DNA of 54,188 nucleotides from Bacillota bacterium (GTDB lineage Bacteria; Bacillota; Sulfobacillia; Sulfobacillales; JAIMBI01): NCBI GenBank assembly GCA_021818685.1, contig JAKATP010000005.1, positions 1 to 54,188 on the forward strand, given 5' to 3'. The position numbers and the translations under genes are program-made. Shown one piece after another: positions 18,006 to 28,090 of this stretch; position 1 is the first letter of the stretch; the number at the start of each line of letters is the position of its first letter. The notes beneath the pieces are model-generated. The model ran no database searches. It saw only the letters and a list, made by a program, of their open reading frames with translations, and was not told the DNA's origin.

Positions 18006-19400
18006 ATGGCAGTCGGCGACGCGCCTGAAGCGGCTTCGGCCGTACAATATCGAGACGAAATCGTCCGCATCGAACCGAAGGGCATCGAGCACGTGACCGA
18101 ATCCGAACGGCACGGCCGGCCCAGTTCCGTCTTCAGCCTTTGGTGGGGGGCCAATGTGGAGCTCGCCACCCTGTCCACGGGTGTAGCAGCGGTGGCACTC
18201 TTTGGCGTGAACTTCAAAGAGGCCGCCATCGGCATTCTCATCGGGAACGTCATCGGTGCGCTCATTCTCGCCGGGCTCTCGACGTTCGGGCCCCGTCTCG
18301 GAGTGCCCCAGCTGGTCCAGTCGCGCGCCGCGTTCGGCTTTTTCGGCAACTTCGCGCCGGGCATCTTAAATATGATTGCGGGCGTCATGTGGTTTGGCGT
18401 CAACACCGTGCTGGGCGTGTTTGCGCTCACGGCGCTCACGGGTATGAACTTCCTGGTCGGGCTCATCATTATGGCCGGCATCCAGGTCCTGGTGGCGGTC
18501 TACGGCTACAATCTCATCCACGCTTTCGAACGCGTCATGGCGATCGTACTCACCCTGGTGTTCATCGGCGTGTCCGTGTTCGCGTTCGGGCACGCACACT
18601 ACAATCTGCCCTTCGACGCCAAGGCTCCGGTGGCTTTCGGCGGGGTATCGGGTGGGATTATCGAATCCATGGCCCTGGCGCTCTCGTATCTGTTTGGCTG
18701 GACGGCGTTTGCCTCCGACTACACCCGCTACCTGCCGACCAAAACCCGGCCGGCTTCGGTGTTTGGCAGTGCGGGGTGGTCGAGCTTCATCTCCTGTCTT
18801 TGGCTGGAACTGGTGGGGGTGGCGCTGGCGACGGTGTTTCCGGCTGCCGCCGCCGGCACTAACCCGGTGGCCGTGCTGACGGCGATTCCTGGCCACTGGC
18901 TCGTGGCGCTGGCGTTGATTGCCGTCTGCATTGGCACCGTCACGGCAAACGTCCTCAACATCTACTCCGGCTCCCTGTCGGCGCTGGTTGTGAACATTCC
19001 GCTGAAGCGTTGGACGGCCGCGATCGTGGTGGGAGTGGTAGGGGCGGTCGTGGCATACATCGGCCACACCAACTACTATGTGGAGTACGAGAACTTCCTC
19101 TTCCTCCTGGCCTACTGGATAGCCCCATGGGCGGCCATCGTGCTGGTGGACTACTTCATGTACCGCAAGGGGCAGTTCGAGACGGTGCTGTTCTACAACG
19201 CGCGGCGCGTGCTGCGGCCAGGACTGTGGGCGTGGGCGATAGGCGTCGTCGTGTCGATCCCGTTCTTCAACCAGTCGATGTACGCGGGTCCGGTGGCGAC
19301 CCACCTGCCTCAGATCGGGGACGTCTCCTACTTCGTCAGCTTCATCGTGGCCGGCGGCGTGTACTGGCTGTGGACGCGGGGACGCCCTGTCACCGCGTGA
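18006..19400 (+). CDS. Purine-cytosine permease (NCS1 family)
   Basis: IE..GI.....ERHG, W.GAN, GP..G.PQ..QSR..FG, ASDYTRY, N.YS; about 12 TM segments. Confidence 0.92.
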   Translation: MAVGDAPEAASAVQYRDEIVRIEPKGIEHVTESERHGRPSSVFSLWWGANVELATLSTGVAAVALFGVNFKEAAIGILIGNVIGALILAGLSTFGPRLGVPQLVQSRAAFGFFGNFAPGILNMIAGVMWFGVNTVLGVFALTALTGMNFLVGLIIMAGIQVLVAVYGYNLIHAFERVMAIVLTLVFIGVSVFAFGHAHYNLPFDAKAPVAFGGVSGGIIESMALALSYLFGWTAFASDYTRYLPTKTRPASVFGSAGWSSFISCLWLELVGVALATVFPAAAAGTNPVAVLTAIPGHWLVALALIAVCIGTVTANVLNIYSGSLSALVVNIPLKRWTAAIVVGVVGAVVAYIGHTNYYVEYENFLFLLAYWIAPWAAIVLVDYFMYRKGQFETVLFYNARRVLRPGLWAWAIGVVVSIPFFNQSMYAGPVATHLPQIGDVSYFVSFIVAGGVYWLWTRGRPVTA

Positions 19401-19413
19401 GACGGAGACGATG

Positions 19414-19443
19414 ACGGGCCGCTCCGATGCCGGAGCGGCCCGT
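19414..19443. terminator. Hairpin between convergent permease and paaD
   Basis: ACGGGCCGCTCCG...CGGAGCGGCCCGT inverted repeat; no clear U tract. Confidence 0.55.
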
Positions 19444-19456
19444 GGCGTCTACCGGC

Positions 19457-19957
19457 TCAACTCAGGCGCTTTAAGCCCTCGAAGGGATTGCGGCATGCCC
19501 GGCAATAATAGATGGATCGGCAGGCGGCGGGGCCGAAGAGACTCTCCGCCACCACGTCGGACGACCCGCACCAGGGGCAGTGCGGGAGCGCATCTGGCGG
19601 CGGCGGGGGAGCAATCCCGCGGCTTCGAAGGGCCGCATGGCAGGCGGGCCGGATGCGGTCGCTGGTCCACCCGGTGCGGCTCGTGAACACCACACGGATC
19701 GCGGTCGCGCGATCCGACAGGGCGGCCACAAGCCGTCGGAAGGCATCTTCGCGCATGATTTCAAGGGCGGGACAGCCGACGAAGGTCGGAATGAGCGTCA
19801 CCTGGATCCCGTCCGGCGTCACCGATACCGCATCCACCATGCCGAGATCCACGACACTCACACCCGGCATCTCGGGGTCGGATACCAAAGACAGCACCCG
19901 GTAGACGTCGTCTTCGGTAACCGGGGCGGATTTGGCGACCTGTGTTCCCTTCACCAT
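19457..19957 (-). CDS. paaD: Phenylacetyl-CoA epoxidase subunit PaaD (PaaJ)
   Basis: DPEMP.VSVVDLG, PTFVGCPA, WTSD, CPWCGS, FG..ACRS.YYC..C..PFE. Confidence 0.92.
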   Translation of the reverse strand: MVKGTQVAKSAPVTEDDVYRVLSLVSDPEMPGVSVVDLGMVDAVSVTPDGIQVTLIPTFVGCPALEIMREDAFRRLVAALSDRATAIRVVFTSRTGWTSDRIRPACHAALRSRGIAPPPPPDALPHCPWCGSSDVVAESLFGPAACRSIYYCRACRNPFEGLKRLS

Positions 19958-20751
19958 GATGCGCCCGGATCCATCCGCACGACTTCCGATGCGTCGGCCA
20001 AGAGCGCGTCCAGCTCCGGCGTGTGCTGACCAAGCCGTCCATTCCGGAACAGGGCCGCGCCCGGTACGTCAAGTCCGAGGGCGAGAAGCCGCCGACTCAC
20101 GCGGTCGAGCCACTCCTGCCCGAGACTGTCGGCATCCGGGAGAAGTCCTGTCCGGCGCCATCCCGACTGCCAGGGGGCGGAATACGCGAGGTCACCGGCG
20201 TCCGCGAACGCGCGCTCAAAACCATGTTGGAGCCGCCGGCGCGCGTCGCCGTCGGTTCCTTTCCCCGCTTCGAAGGCGCGCAACCACGCCTCGTGATGAA
20301 GAAGGTGGTAATGCTCCTCGCGCCGGATGCTGCGGGCACTCTCGGCGAGCGGCGCATAGCTCGACTGGACGGCGCGATCGAGACGAAGGCTCTCGAAAGT
20401 GTCGTAGAGGTAGTGGCGGCCGAGTGCATAGGCCCAGTCAAAATGCGGCAGCTCCCGATAGGAGCCGGGACCATTCTGCCGCTCGACCAGCACGCTGTTG
20501 CGCCGTGCACTCGCCGGACGCAGGTGGGCGAGACTGTCCCGCGCTCCGGCGCCGAGGTCGGCTAGCAGCCCGTAATAGGTGGCGGCATGTCCCATCTCAT
20601 CCTGGGCGATGGAGGAGAAGGCCACGTCTTCTTCAAAGTGCGGAGCGACGCCGAGCCACTCCGACGCGCGAAGCGCCACCACGAAGTCATCGTCCGCCAT
20701 TTGCCACAGCAGTTCGACCAATAGGCTTTGGGCTTCCGGCTGCAGGATCAT
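19951..20751 (-). CDS. paaC: Phenylacetyl-CoA epoxidase subunit PaaC
   Basis: ADD......R.SEWLG.AP..EEDVA.SSIAQDEMGHA, EE.YH. Confidence 0.92.
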   Translation of the reverse strand: MILQPEAQSLLVELLWQMADDDFVVALRASEWLGVAPHFEEDVAFSSIAQDEMGHAATYYGLLADLGAGARDSLAHLRPASARRNSVLVERQNGPGSYRELPHFDWAYALGRHYLYDTFESLRLDRAVQSSYAPLAESARSIRREEHYHLLHHEAWLRAFEAGKGTDGDARRRLQHGFERAFADAGDLAYSAPWQSGWRRTGLLPDADSLGQEWLDRVSRRLLALGLDVPGAALFRNGRLGQHTPELDALLADASEVVRMDPGASW

Positions 20752-20788
20752 GGATTGCCTCCCTCGAGACGGTTCGATCGCCCCGGCG

Positions 20789-21130
20789 TTACGCCATCGT
20801 ATCTGGTGTCATTGCGTGCTGGTGGTATCGACGCCACTTATGAACCAGGTATTGATAGTCCGCCGTTTCCCGATAGGACTTGTCCCCGCGAAACAGGCCA
20901 TCGCCATTTTCAAGCATGAAAATGGCCTCACGGGGAATGACCCACAGGCCGTAGAGGGGTCCGCGGCGCAGAAAGTTCTCACGGGCGAGCATGATGGCCA
21001 TCTCGGGCGAGCCGGCGACGAAGCTTCCCCGCTGCACATAGGCCCCGTGCGGCTCCAGGCGCGCGAACACCTCGTACACGACGCCGTCGGCGTCCCGTCC
21101 GGTGACTGGATGCTCTTCGTGCTCCGACAT
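20789..21130 (-). CDS. paaB: Phenylacetyl-CoA epoxidase subunit PaaB
   Basis: YEVF...GS..A.S.EMA...ARENF.RR....LWV...DKSYR; start overlaps the paaA stop. Confidence 0.88.
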   Translation of the reverse strand: MSEHEEHPVTGRDADGVVYEVFARLEPHGAYVQRGSFVAGSPEMAIMLARENFLRRGPLYGLWVIPREAIFMLENGDGLFRGDKSYRETADYQYLVHKWRRYHQHAMTPDTMA

Positions 21131-22071
21131 CAGGAAGCCGCCCCCTTCCCGGCGTCCGTGAGGAGGCGGCGGACCCAGGCCCCCTCTTCGTACGACGTCT
21201 GGCGCAGGCGGAGACGTGCGCCGGACCGCGGGCCGCGGTTGTTGATGACAGCGCGCCACAACTCCCAGTCGGGCGGGGTGTAGGTCCACTGACGGCTCTG
21301 GGGGTCCTGATGGAGGCTCGGGTCGGGAATCGTAAACCCGAGCGCCCGGATGCGGGGAACGTACTTGGACAGGTAGCGCTGCCGGAGTTCCTCATTGCTA
21401 CGGCTGCGGATCCGAAATCGGAGGGCAGCCGCCTGGTGCGAGGTCGGCGACCCCACATCCGGGGGGCCGAAAAACATCATGAGAGACGGCCACCACCGAT
21501 GCAGCGCGTCTTGGAAGAGGGCTCGCTGGGCGGGCGTTCCCTCGGCGAGTGCCATGCAGATGCTCTCGCCATGCTGGATGTGAAAGCCCTCTTCCTCGAC
21601 GATACGCCGGAGCGCCCGGGTATAGGGGGCATAGGATCCGCCGAGGAGCATGCCCTGGGTAATGATAGCCGCACCGTCTACGAGCCAGCCGATAAGGCCG
21701 GCGTCGGCCCAGGTCGGAACCTCCAGGTGAAACACGTTGTGAAACTTCTGCCGGCCGGAAAATAGGTCGGCCATAATGTGTTCGCGGTTTCTTCCAAGCG
21801 GTGCCATCAGGTCCTCGACGACCCGGATCAGGATCTGTCCGTGGCCGGCCTCATCCTGCACCTTCGCCATCAGGGCGAGCTTGCGATAGAGGGTCGGTGC
21901 ACGGGGCACCCACTCCTTTTCAGGCAGGGTGCCCATGATCTCACTCACGCCGTGCAGGGTGATGAGACGGATGAGCTCGGACCGGTACGCGTCGGGCATA
22001 AAGTCTCCGGCTTCAATCTTGTCGCCCGCATCCAGGCGGGCCATGAAGTCCAGGGTGCGATCATCGTCCAT
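21130..22071 (-). CDS. paaA: Phenylacetyl-CoA epoxidase subunit PaaA
   Basis: KIE..D.MP..YR, SEIMG.LPE.EW..RAPTL.RK, KVQDEAGHG, EE.FH, WWPSLMMFFGP. Confidence 0.95.
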   Translation of the reverse strand: MDDDRTLDFMARLDAGDKIEAGDFMPDAYRSELIRLITLHGVSEIMGTLPEKEWVPRAPTLYRKLALMAKVQDEAGHGQILIRVVEDLMAPLGRNREHIMADLFSGRQKFHNVFHLEVPTWADAGLIGWLVDGAAIITQGMLLGGSYAPYTRALRRIVEEEGFHIQHGESICMALAEGTPAQRALFQDALHRWWPSLMMFFGPPDVGSPTSHQAAALRFRIRSRSNEELRQRYLSKYVPRIRALGFTIPDPSLHQDPQSRQWTYTPPDWELWRAVINNRGPRSGARLRLRQTSYEEGAWVRRLLTDAGKGAAS

Positions 22072-22272
22072 CAGGCGCCCTCCCGTCGCTCAGGCGCGGG
22101 TCATGTGCCAACCGACTCCAGCGAACACGAAAGACGACCGGTAAGGGAGGGCCGAACGGCCCCGCTTGGAGGGGCCGGGTGACCCTGGAGGCCCCAAAAA
22201 CGGGGACCAGAGCGGCTCCCGGGGCCTTGGTACAATAGGAGCACACGGCGCTTGTCGCTCGGAGGCGGTCAG

Positions 22273-22731
22273 ATGGCGGAGACGAGAGTCCGGCCTTACC
22301 GGGCTAGCACGGATTTCAGAGCGGTGCTGGACGCGCAGTGCGACCTCTACGCCCTGAACTTTCCCCGCTTTGTCTGCACTCCCCAGTTCGTGGCCGAGCA
22401 GGGAGCCCGGCTCCGGCAGGCAGCGCGCCGCCCGTACGAACACCAGCTCTTCGTACTGGACGACGGCGGTCAGGTGGTCGGCTTTATCTGGACGGTCATC
22501 CGCATGGATCTGCAGGGCGCCTTCGGATCCGTGGACCAGATCTACCTGCAGCCACCGTACCGGGGCCGGCACCTGGGGGAGCTTCTGCTTGATGCCGCCC
22601 ATCATCATCTGCGCACGGCCGGTGTCAATTACGTGCGCCTGTTTGTGACCGATAGCAATGCGGGTGCGGTGCAGCTCTACCGCCGGACCGGCTACGAAAT
22701 TATCCGCCTCGAAATGGAGCGGCCGCTTTAG
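22273..22731 (+). CDS. GNAT family N-acetyltransferase
   Basis: IYL.P.YRGRHLG..LL, N..A..LYRR.GY; GGAGG RBS. Confidence 0.85.
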   Translation: MAETRVRPYRASTDFRAVLDAQCDLYALNFPRFVCTPQFVAEQGARLRQAARRPYEHQLFVLDDGGQVVGFIWTVIRMDLQGAFGSVDQIYLQPPYRGRHLGELLLDAAHHHLRTAGVNYVRLFVTDSNAGAVQLYRRTGYEIIRLEMERPL

Positions 22732-24302
22732 CGGGCGCGCCGGGAAAACACGCGCGAGACGATAAGGTCGTATTCTTCCACGTGAAAGCGGCGCGCCGCC
22801 AACAAGAAGAGGGCCGTGCCGATCACCATCATCAAGACGAGGGCCGCCGCCCGCACGGCAAAGTGCGCCGAGTCCACCCAGGCCAGCACCAGGTAGCGGG
22901 TCATGGCGACTCCGATCGCCATGACGAGAGCTGCCAGCAGGGTGCGAAGCCCGGTCCGCAGCATGCGGGTGGCGCCGATAGGCCCGAAGCGTCGCCGCAT
23001 CATGTGCATCAGCAGCAAGAGATTGGTCCACCCGGTCATCGCATACGCCAGCGCCAGCCCCGCCTGCTGCAGGGGTCCCATCAAGAGGACACTGGCCACA
23101 AACCCGACCCCAATGGCCACCACGCCCACCGCGACCGGCGTGCGCGTGTCCTGATAGGCGTAGAACCCGCGCGCGATAACCTCCATGGCCCCGTACGGCA
23201 GAATGCCGAGCACATAGAAGCCGAGCGCGCCGGCCGTGACGGTGACGTCGTGGGCGGTGAAGCGACCATGCTGGAACATCACGGCCACGAGCGGGACGCG
23301 CAGGAGCCAAAAGCCGACGGTCGCCGGGACCGACACGAAGATGATCACCCGCATGGCGCCTGACAGGTACCGGTAGAAAGTGTCGCGATCTCCGGCCGAC
23401 GCCACCTCCGCCAGATTGGGCAGAATCGCGATGGCCAGCGCCGCGGCCAGGCTGACCGGCACCATCATGATGCGGCTCGCGAGATTCAAGGCGTTGATGC
23501 TGCCGGCTGGGAGCAGCGACCCGAAAAAGGTCTGGTTGACAATCAAATTGATCTGGCCGAGCCCGACCCCGAACATGATGGGCAGCATGAGTCGCCCCAC
23601 GGTGCGGAGGCCGGTATGGCCCGGGTCCCAGACCACGGCGTAGTGAAACCCCAGGCGCGAAACGGCGTATACTTCCAGCAGGAAGTTCACGAAGGCGCCC
23701 ACGAGGACGCCCCAGGCAAAGGCCTGGATGCCCCAGAGATGGCCGAACAGGAAGCCGAGCGCGATGATCCCGATGTTATATAAGAGCGGCCCGACGGCGG
23801 TGGCCCAAAAGCTCTTGCGGGCATACTGCGCTCCCACCAGCACCCCGTTCAGTCCATGGAACAGGACGGCGATGAGCATGATGCGCGTGAGGTAGGCGGT
23901 GGCCCGGATGGCCTCGGGATTTCCGTTGAAGCCGACGGCCACCACCCGCACCACCAGCGGAGCCAGGATCTCCGCGACCGCGAGGACCGGCAGGAGTCCC
24001 GCCACAATGATGGTGAGCGACGCGTTCAGGACCCGTTCCGCCTCGCGATGTTCCCCACGGTTCAGGTAACCCGCCATGACGGGCACAAACGCTGAGCTGA
24101 TGGCACCGCCGATGAGGAGCAGATACAGGGTGTCGGGCAGGACGTAGGCAGCGTTGTAGTGGTCGACCGTCGCGGTCTGCCCGAAGAAGTCGGCAATCAG
24201 GGAGGCACGGACGAATCCCAAGAGACGAGAGGCGATAGTAGCGGCGGTGATGAGGGTCGCGGCCCACATGATGTGTCTGACCTGGCCCTCGTCGCGGGAC
24301 AT
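22728..24302 (-). CDS. murJ: Lipid II flippase MurJ (MviN)
   Basis: SRLLGFVR, A..LPD, GGA.S.AFVP, F..G.F, FYA.QDTRTP; many TM segments; GGGGAGG RBS before the chosen start. Confidence 0.92.
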   Translation of the reverse strand: MSRDEGQVRHIMWAATLITAATIASRLLGFVRASLIADFFGQTATVDHYNAAYVLPDTLYLLLIGGAISSAFVPVMAGYLNRGEHREAERVLNASLTIIVAGLLPVLAVAEILAPLVVRVVAVGFNGNPEAIRATAYLTRIMLIAVLFHGLNGVLVGAQYARKSFWATAVGPLLYNIGIIALGFLFGHLWGIQAFAWGVLVGAFVNFLLEVYAVSRLGFHYAVVWDPGHTGLRTVGRLMLPIMFGVGLGQINLIVNQTFFGSLLPAGSINALNLASRIMMVPVSLAAALAIAILPNLAEVASAGDRDTFYRYLSGAMRVIIFVSVPATVGFWLLRVPLVAVMFQHGRFTAHDVTVTAGALGFYVLGILPYGAMEVIARGFYAYQDTRTPVAVGVVAIGVGFVASVLLMGPLQQAGLALAYAMTGWTNLLLLMHMMRRRFGPIGATRMLRTGLRTLLAALVMAIGVAMTRYLVLAWVDSAHFAVRAAALVLMMVIGTALFLLAARRFHVEEYDLIVSRVFSRRAR

Positions 24303-24378
24303 GTGGTGCCTCCCCATGCCCGCTATTATTTCATAGCCGGATTTGCGGCGAGAACGGGGGAAGTCCCGGCAAAAAGCA

Positions 24379-24408
24379 TTGAGAACTGCTGGTGGCATGG
24401 AGTACCAT
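24379..24408 (+). promoter_or_regulatory. Putative sigma-A promoter about 380 nt upstream of glpX
   Basis: TTGAGA - 18 nt - TACCAT. Confidence 0.4.
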
Positions 24409-24438
24409 GGCAGTGATGAGCCCTCTGGATTCGGCGCA

Positions 24439-24705
24439 CCTGGTCGCGGTGCACAACCCGGGCCGATTTGACGGATGATGTCCTGAACTGCGAGCGCGGG
24501 ACGGACGCTGACCGGGTGGGGGTGCCGCGATACCGCCTAATTTGTGGTCCGGCGTTTCGACGGCTAACACGTGTGGTGATGACGCACCAGCGAAGAGCGC
24601 GCCTTCTTCTCCGACCTGACGGGTCGGGCCCCGATCACAACCTGAAGACCACGGGTCAGGACCGCTGCGGGGTGGGCACGACGCGCAGCCCGGCACCCGC
24701 CAGGA
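24439..24705 (+). ncRNA. Candidate structured ncRNA, 6S RNA-like
   Basis: Nested long-range pairings CCTGG/CCAGG, CCGGGC/GCCCGG, GTCCTGA/TCAGGAC. The segment ACCTGAAGACCACGGGTCAGG...CGGCAC resembles the 3' conserved part of 6S RNAs. Not verified with a covariance model. Confidence 0.35.
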
Positions 24706-24792
24706 ATGGAACCGCCTTTGGAACCCGAACACGTATGGCAGGATCTGCCGCTCCCTCCCAAAGGGGTGCGGAAGTCGGGAGGAGCATGACGG

Positions 24793-25782
24793 GTGGATAG
24801 AGAGCTGGCGCTCGAAATGGTGCGGGTCACGGAGGCCGCTGCCATCGCCGCCGCCCGGGTGATGGGACGCGGCGACAAGATCGCAGCCGATCAGGCGGCG
24901 GTGGACGCCATGCGGAGCGCCCTCAGGACGGTGGCGATTCAGGGGCGGGTCGTAATTGGCGAAGGCGAGCTGGATGAGGCCCCCATGCTGTTCATTGGAG
25001 AGCAGGTGGGCAACGGCGACGGCGATCCGGTCGACGTGGCCGTCGACCCGCTCGAGGGCACCAATCTGGTCGCGAAGGGCATGAACGGAGCCATCGCCGT
25101 CATGGCCATCGGTCCCGCCGGGAGCCTCCTGCATGCTCCCGACATGTACATGGACAAATTAGTGACGGGATCCGCCGGGCGAGGTGTGATGGATCTGGAT
25201 GCCCCGATCGGCGACAATCTGCGGGCACTGGCACACGCAAGCGGACGCCCGGTGAACGATCTGACAGTGGTCGTGCTGGACCGGGACCGGCATCGTGAAC
25301 TCATCGCGGGCATCCGTGACGCGGGCGCCCGGATCAAGCTCATCAGCGATGGCGATGTCACCCCGGCGGTGGCGGCATGCCTCGAGGGTTCGGGGGTTGA
25401 CATGCTGGCCGGGAGCGGCGGTGCGCCCGAAGGTGTGCTGGCGGCGGCGGCGGTGAAGTGCCTGGAAGGCGAAATGGTGGCGCGGCTCCTCCCCGAAGAT
25501 GACATCCAGCGTGAACGTGCGGAGGCCATGGGCGTCCGGCCGATTGACCGGATCCTGCGTCTTGATGACTTAATCCGCGGAGACGACGTCTTGTTTGTGG
25601 CGACTGCCATCACCGATGGAGATTTTCTGCATGGGGTCCGGTACACGAAGGACGCAACGCGCACCGAAAGTGTCGTCATGCGCTCTCTGACGGGAACCGT
25701 GCGATTTGTCGAAGCCGAGCACCGGCTCGAAAAGAAGCGGCGTTTCGGGCGAACCCCGGACGCGGGAAGGATGCGTGCTTAA
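24793..25782 (+). CDS. glpX: Class II fructose-1,6-bisphosphatase
   Basis: VIGEGELDEAPML, DPLEGT, APDMYMDK, DGDV, GGAPEGV. Confidence 0.96.
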   Translation: MDRELALEMVRVTEAAAIAAARVMGRGDKIAADQAAVDAMRSALRTVAIQGRVVIGEGELDEAPMLFIGEQVGNGDGDPVDVAVDPLEGTNLVAKGMNGAIAVMAIGPAGSLLHAPDMYMDKLVTGSAGRGVMDLDAPIGDNLRALAHASGRPVNDLTVVVLDRDRHRELIAGIRDAGARIKLISDGDVTPAVAACLEGSGVDMLAGSGGAPEGVLAAAAVKCLEGEMVARLLPEDDIQRERAEAMGVRPIDRILRLDDLIRGDDVLFVATAITDGDFLHGVRYTKDATRTESVVMRSLTGTVRFVEAEHRLEKKRRFGRTPDAGRMRA

Positions 25783-27728
25783 TGGCGAATGACCCGACCG
25801 AGGAGGTCAAGAAGCCGACGCGTCGACGTCGGACCCAGACCGAGGCATCGCCGGAGTTAGAGAGCGTCGAAGTAGCAGCCACGCCCGCGGCGGAAACCGT
25901 CGCAGCGGCCGAATCTGCCCCCAAGCGGCGGGGGCGTCCTCGCAAGAGCCCTGTCGAATCGGCCCCGGATCCGGCTCCTGAGACGGCAGCCGTTCCGAAG
26001 ACTCGGCGGAGAAGGACTTCCACCCGCGGCGCGGCCGCGGCTTCGGAGGCGACGGTTCCGCAGATGACACCGGAGATGGCGCCCGATCGAGCTCCCGTTA
26101 CGACGGCACCCGCCGCGCCGGTGGCTCCTGCTCCCTCTCCAGATCCCGTGGCCGTCATTCCCGAGGCGCCGGTGACGGGTGACTCGGAGGCCGCGATCGC
26201 TCCGCCGAAATCCCCCGAGTCGGTTCCGCAGGCGGTGAACGGGCAGTCTCGTGTCCCGAGACCCTCCGTGCGGCCCGTGCCCCCAATGGGACCGCGCGGG
26301 CAGCGAGGCGGACGCAACGACCGGTTTCGCGACCGGCAGCGGGGCCCGGCCCCCAATGGCCGCCGTGATGACCGCAGAGGCGTCCCGCGCGAGAATCGGG
26401 AGCCGCGCGAAATGCGGGAATTTCGCGAGCCCCGGGAGGCGCGCGACACGCGCGAACCCCGGGAGCCGCAGCTTACGATTACGCAGCTCGAGGAAATGCC
26501 GCTCCTCGACCTCTACAAGATGGCCAAGGCCCTTGATATCGCGGATTACCGGTCGGTCACCAAGTCTGACCTCATGTGGGAGATTCTCCGCGCTCGGACT
26601 CATCGGGACGGTCTCATCTTTGCCCAGGGTCTTTTGGATGTCGTCGGCGACTTCGGCTTCCTCCGGCCGGCGGACTTTGCCCGCAGCCGCGAGGACGTCT
26701 ACGTGTCGGGATCTCAGATCCGCCGGTTCGATCTGCGTCCCGGGGACCTCGTGTCCGGTCAGGCGCGGCCGCCCAAAGAGGGAGAGCGCTACTTTGCTCT
26801 CCTGCGCGTGGAGGGTGTGAACGGTCTCTCCCCCGAGAAGGCGGCCGAACGCATCGATTTTGACGCGCTCACGCCTGTCTTCCCCGACCAGCGTTATCGG
26901 CTCGAAGTGACACGGGACGAGTTAGCCACACGCTTGGTCGACATCATCGCCCCCATCGGGATGGGTCAGCGTGGCCTGTTGGTGGCGCCCCCCAAGGCCG
27001 GCAAGACCGTACTCCTGAAGAAGATCGCCAACGCCATCGTGCACAACCATCCGGAGGTTCACCTCATCGTCCTCTTGATTGACGAGCGCCCGGAAGAGGT
27101 CACGGACATGCAGCGCTCCGTGCGTGGCGAGGTGGCCAGTTCGACCTTCGACGAACCACCGGAGGATCACATCCGCGTGGCCGAGATGGTGTTAGAGCGT
27201 GCGAAACGGCTGGTGGAGACGGGACGCGACGTGGTCATCATGCTCGACTCCATCACGCGCCTGGCCCGCGCGTACAATCTGACGATCCCGCCATCGGGCC
27301 GCACTTTGTCAGGGGGCATGGACCCCGCGGCGCTGCACAAACCCAAGCGTTTCTTCGGTGCGGCCCGCAATCTGGAGCAAGGCGGAAGTCTCACCATCCT
27401 GGCCACCGCGCTGGTGGAAACCGGCTCGCGGATGGACGACCTCATCTATGAGGAGTTCAAGGGCACCGGCAACATGGAACTGCATCTCGACCGGCGTCTG
27501 GCCGAGCGCCGCATCTTCCCGGCTATCGACATCAAGCGGTCCGGCACTCGCAAGGAGGAACTCTTGCTGTCGGCCGAGGAGCTCGAAGCCATGTGGGCGA
27601 TCCGAAAGGCGATTCACAAGCTTGATACCCCGGAGGCGACGGAGCTTCTCATGAGCAACCTGAAGCGCACCCGAGCCAACGCCGACTTCTTCCGGGCCTT
27701 TGCGGCCATGGCGGAAAACGGCGGTTAG
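25782..27728 (+). CDS. rho: Transcription termination factor Rho with long low-complexity N-terminal extension
   Basis: [50 protein letters not shown]. Confidence 0.97.
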   Translation: MANDPTEEVKKPTRRRRTQTEASPELESVEVAATPAAETVAAAESAPKRRGRPRKSPVESAPDPAPETAAVPKTRRRRTSTRGAAAASEATVPQMTPEMAPDRAPVTTAPAAPVAPAPSPDPVAVIPEAPVTGDSEAAIAPPKSPESVPQAVNGQSRVPRPSVRPVPPMGPRGQRGGRNDRFRDRQRGPAPNGRRDDRRGVPRENREPREMREFREPREARDTREPREPQLTITQLEEMPLLDLYKMAKALDIADYRSVTKSDLMWEILRARTHRDGLIFAQGLLDVVGDFGFLRPADFARSREDVYVSGSQIRRFDLRPGDLVSGQARPPKEGERYFALLRVEGVNGLSPEKAAERIDFDALTPVFPDQRYRLEVTRDELATRLVDIIAPIGMGQRGLLVAPPKAGKTVLLKKIANAIVHNHPEVHLIVLLIDERPEEVTDMQRSVRGEVASSTFDEPPEDHIRVAEMVLERAKRLVETGRDVVIMLDSITRLARAYNLTIPPSGRTLSGGMDPAALHKPKRFFGAARNLEQGGSLTILATALVETGSRMDDLIYEEFKGTGNMELHLDRRLAERRIFPAIDIKRSGTRKEELLLSAEELEAMWAIRKAIHKLDTPEATELLMSNLKRTRANADFFRAFAAMAENGG

Positions 27729-27817
27729 CCAAGGAAGCCGGATTGCCGGCCGGCCGCACTTCTGGTAACATGGATCAGCTTTCAGAGGCGTCAACTTTAC
27801 GTCGGGGAGGGATAACC

Positions 27818-28021
27818 ATGCGCGACGAGATTCATCCCCGATACGCCCGCACTACGGTCACATGCTCCTGCGGCGCCACCTATACGGTTGGATCGACCCG
27901 GGAGAACATGCATGTGGAGGTCTGCGGTCGATGCCATCCCGTCTATACAGGCGGCGGTCAGCGGCTCGTGGACACGGGCGGCCGGGTGGAACGATTCAAG
28001 CGCAAGTACGGCTTGAAATAA
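27818..28021 (+). CDS. rpmE: 50S ribosomal protein L31 (Zn-binding type)
   Basis: M...IHP.Y....V.CSCG...C..CHP.YTG...DTGGRVERF. Confidence 0.96.
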   Translation: MRDEIHPRYARTTVTCSCGATYTVGSTRENMHVEVCGRCHPVYTGGGQRLVDTGGRVERFKRKYGLK

Positions 28022-28025
28022 CAGG

Positions 28026-28053
28026 ACAGAGCCGTACGGCTCTGTTTTTGTTT
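28026..28053 (+). terminator. Intrinsic terminator after rpmE
   Basis: ACAGAGCCG-TA-CGGCTCTGT followed by a T-rich tract. Confidence 0.8.
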
Positions 28054-28090
28054 TGGTCTCGAACCCTGGACGGAAAAGAGGCAGCCCACG

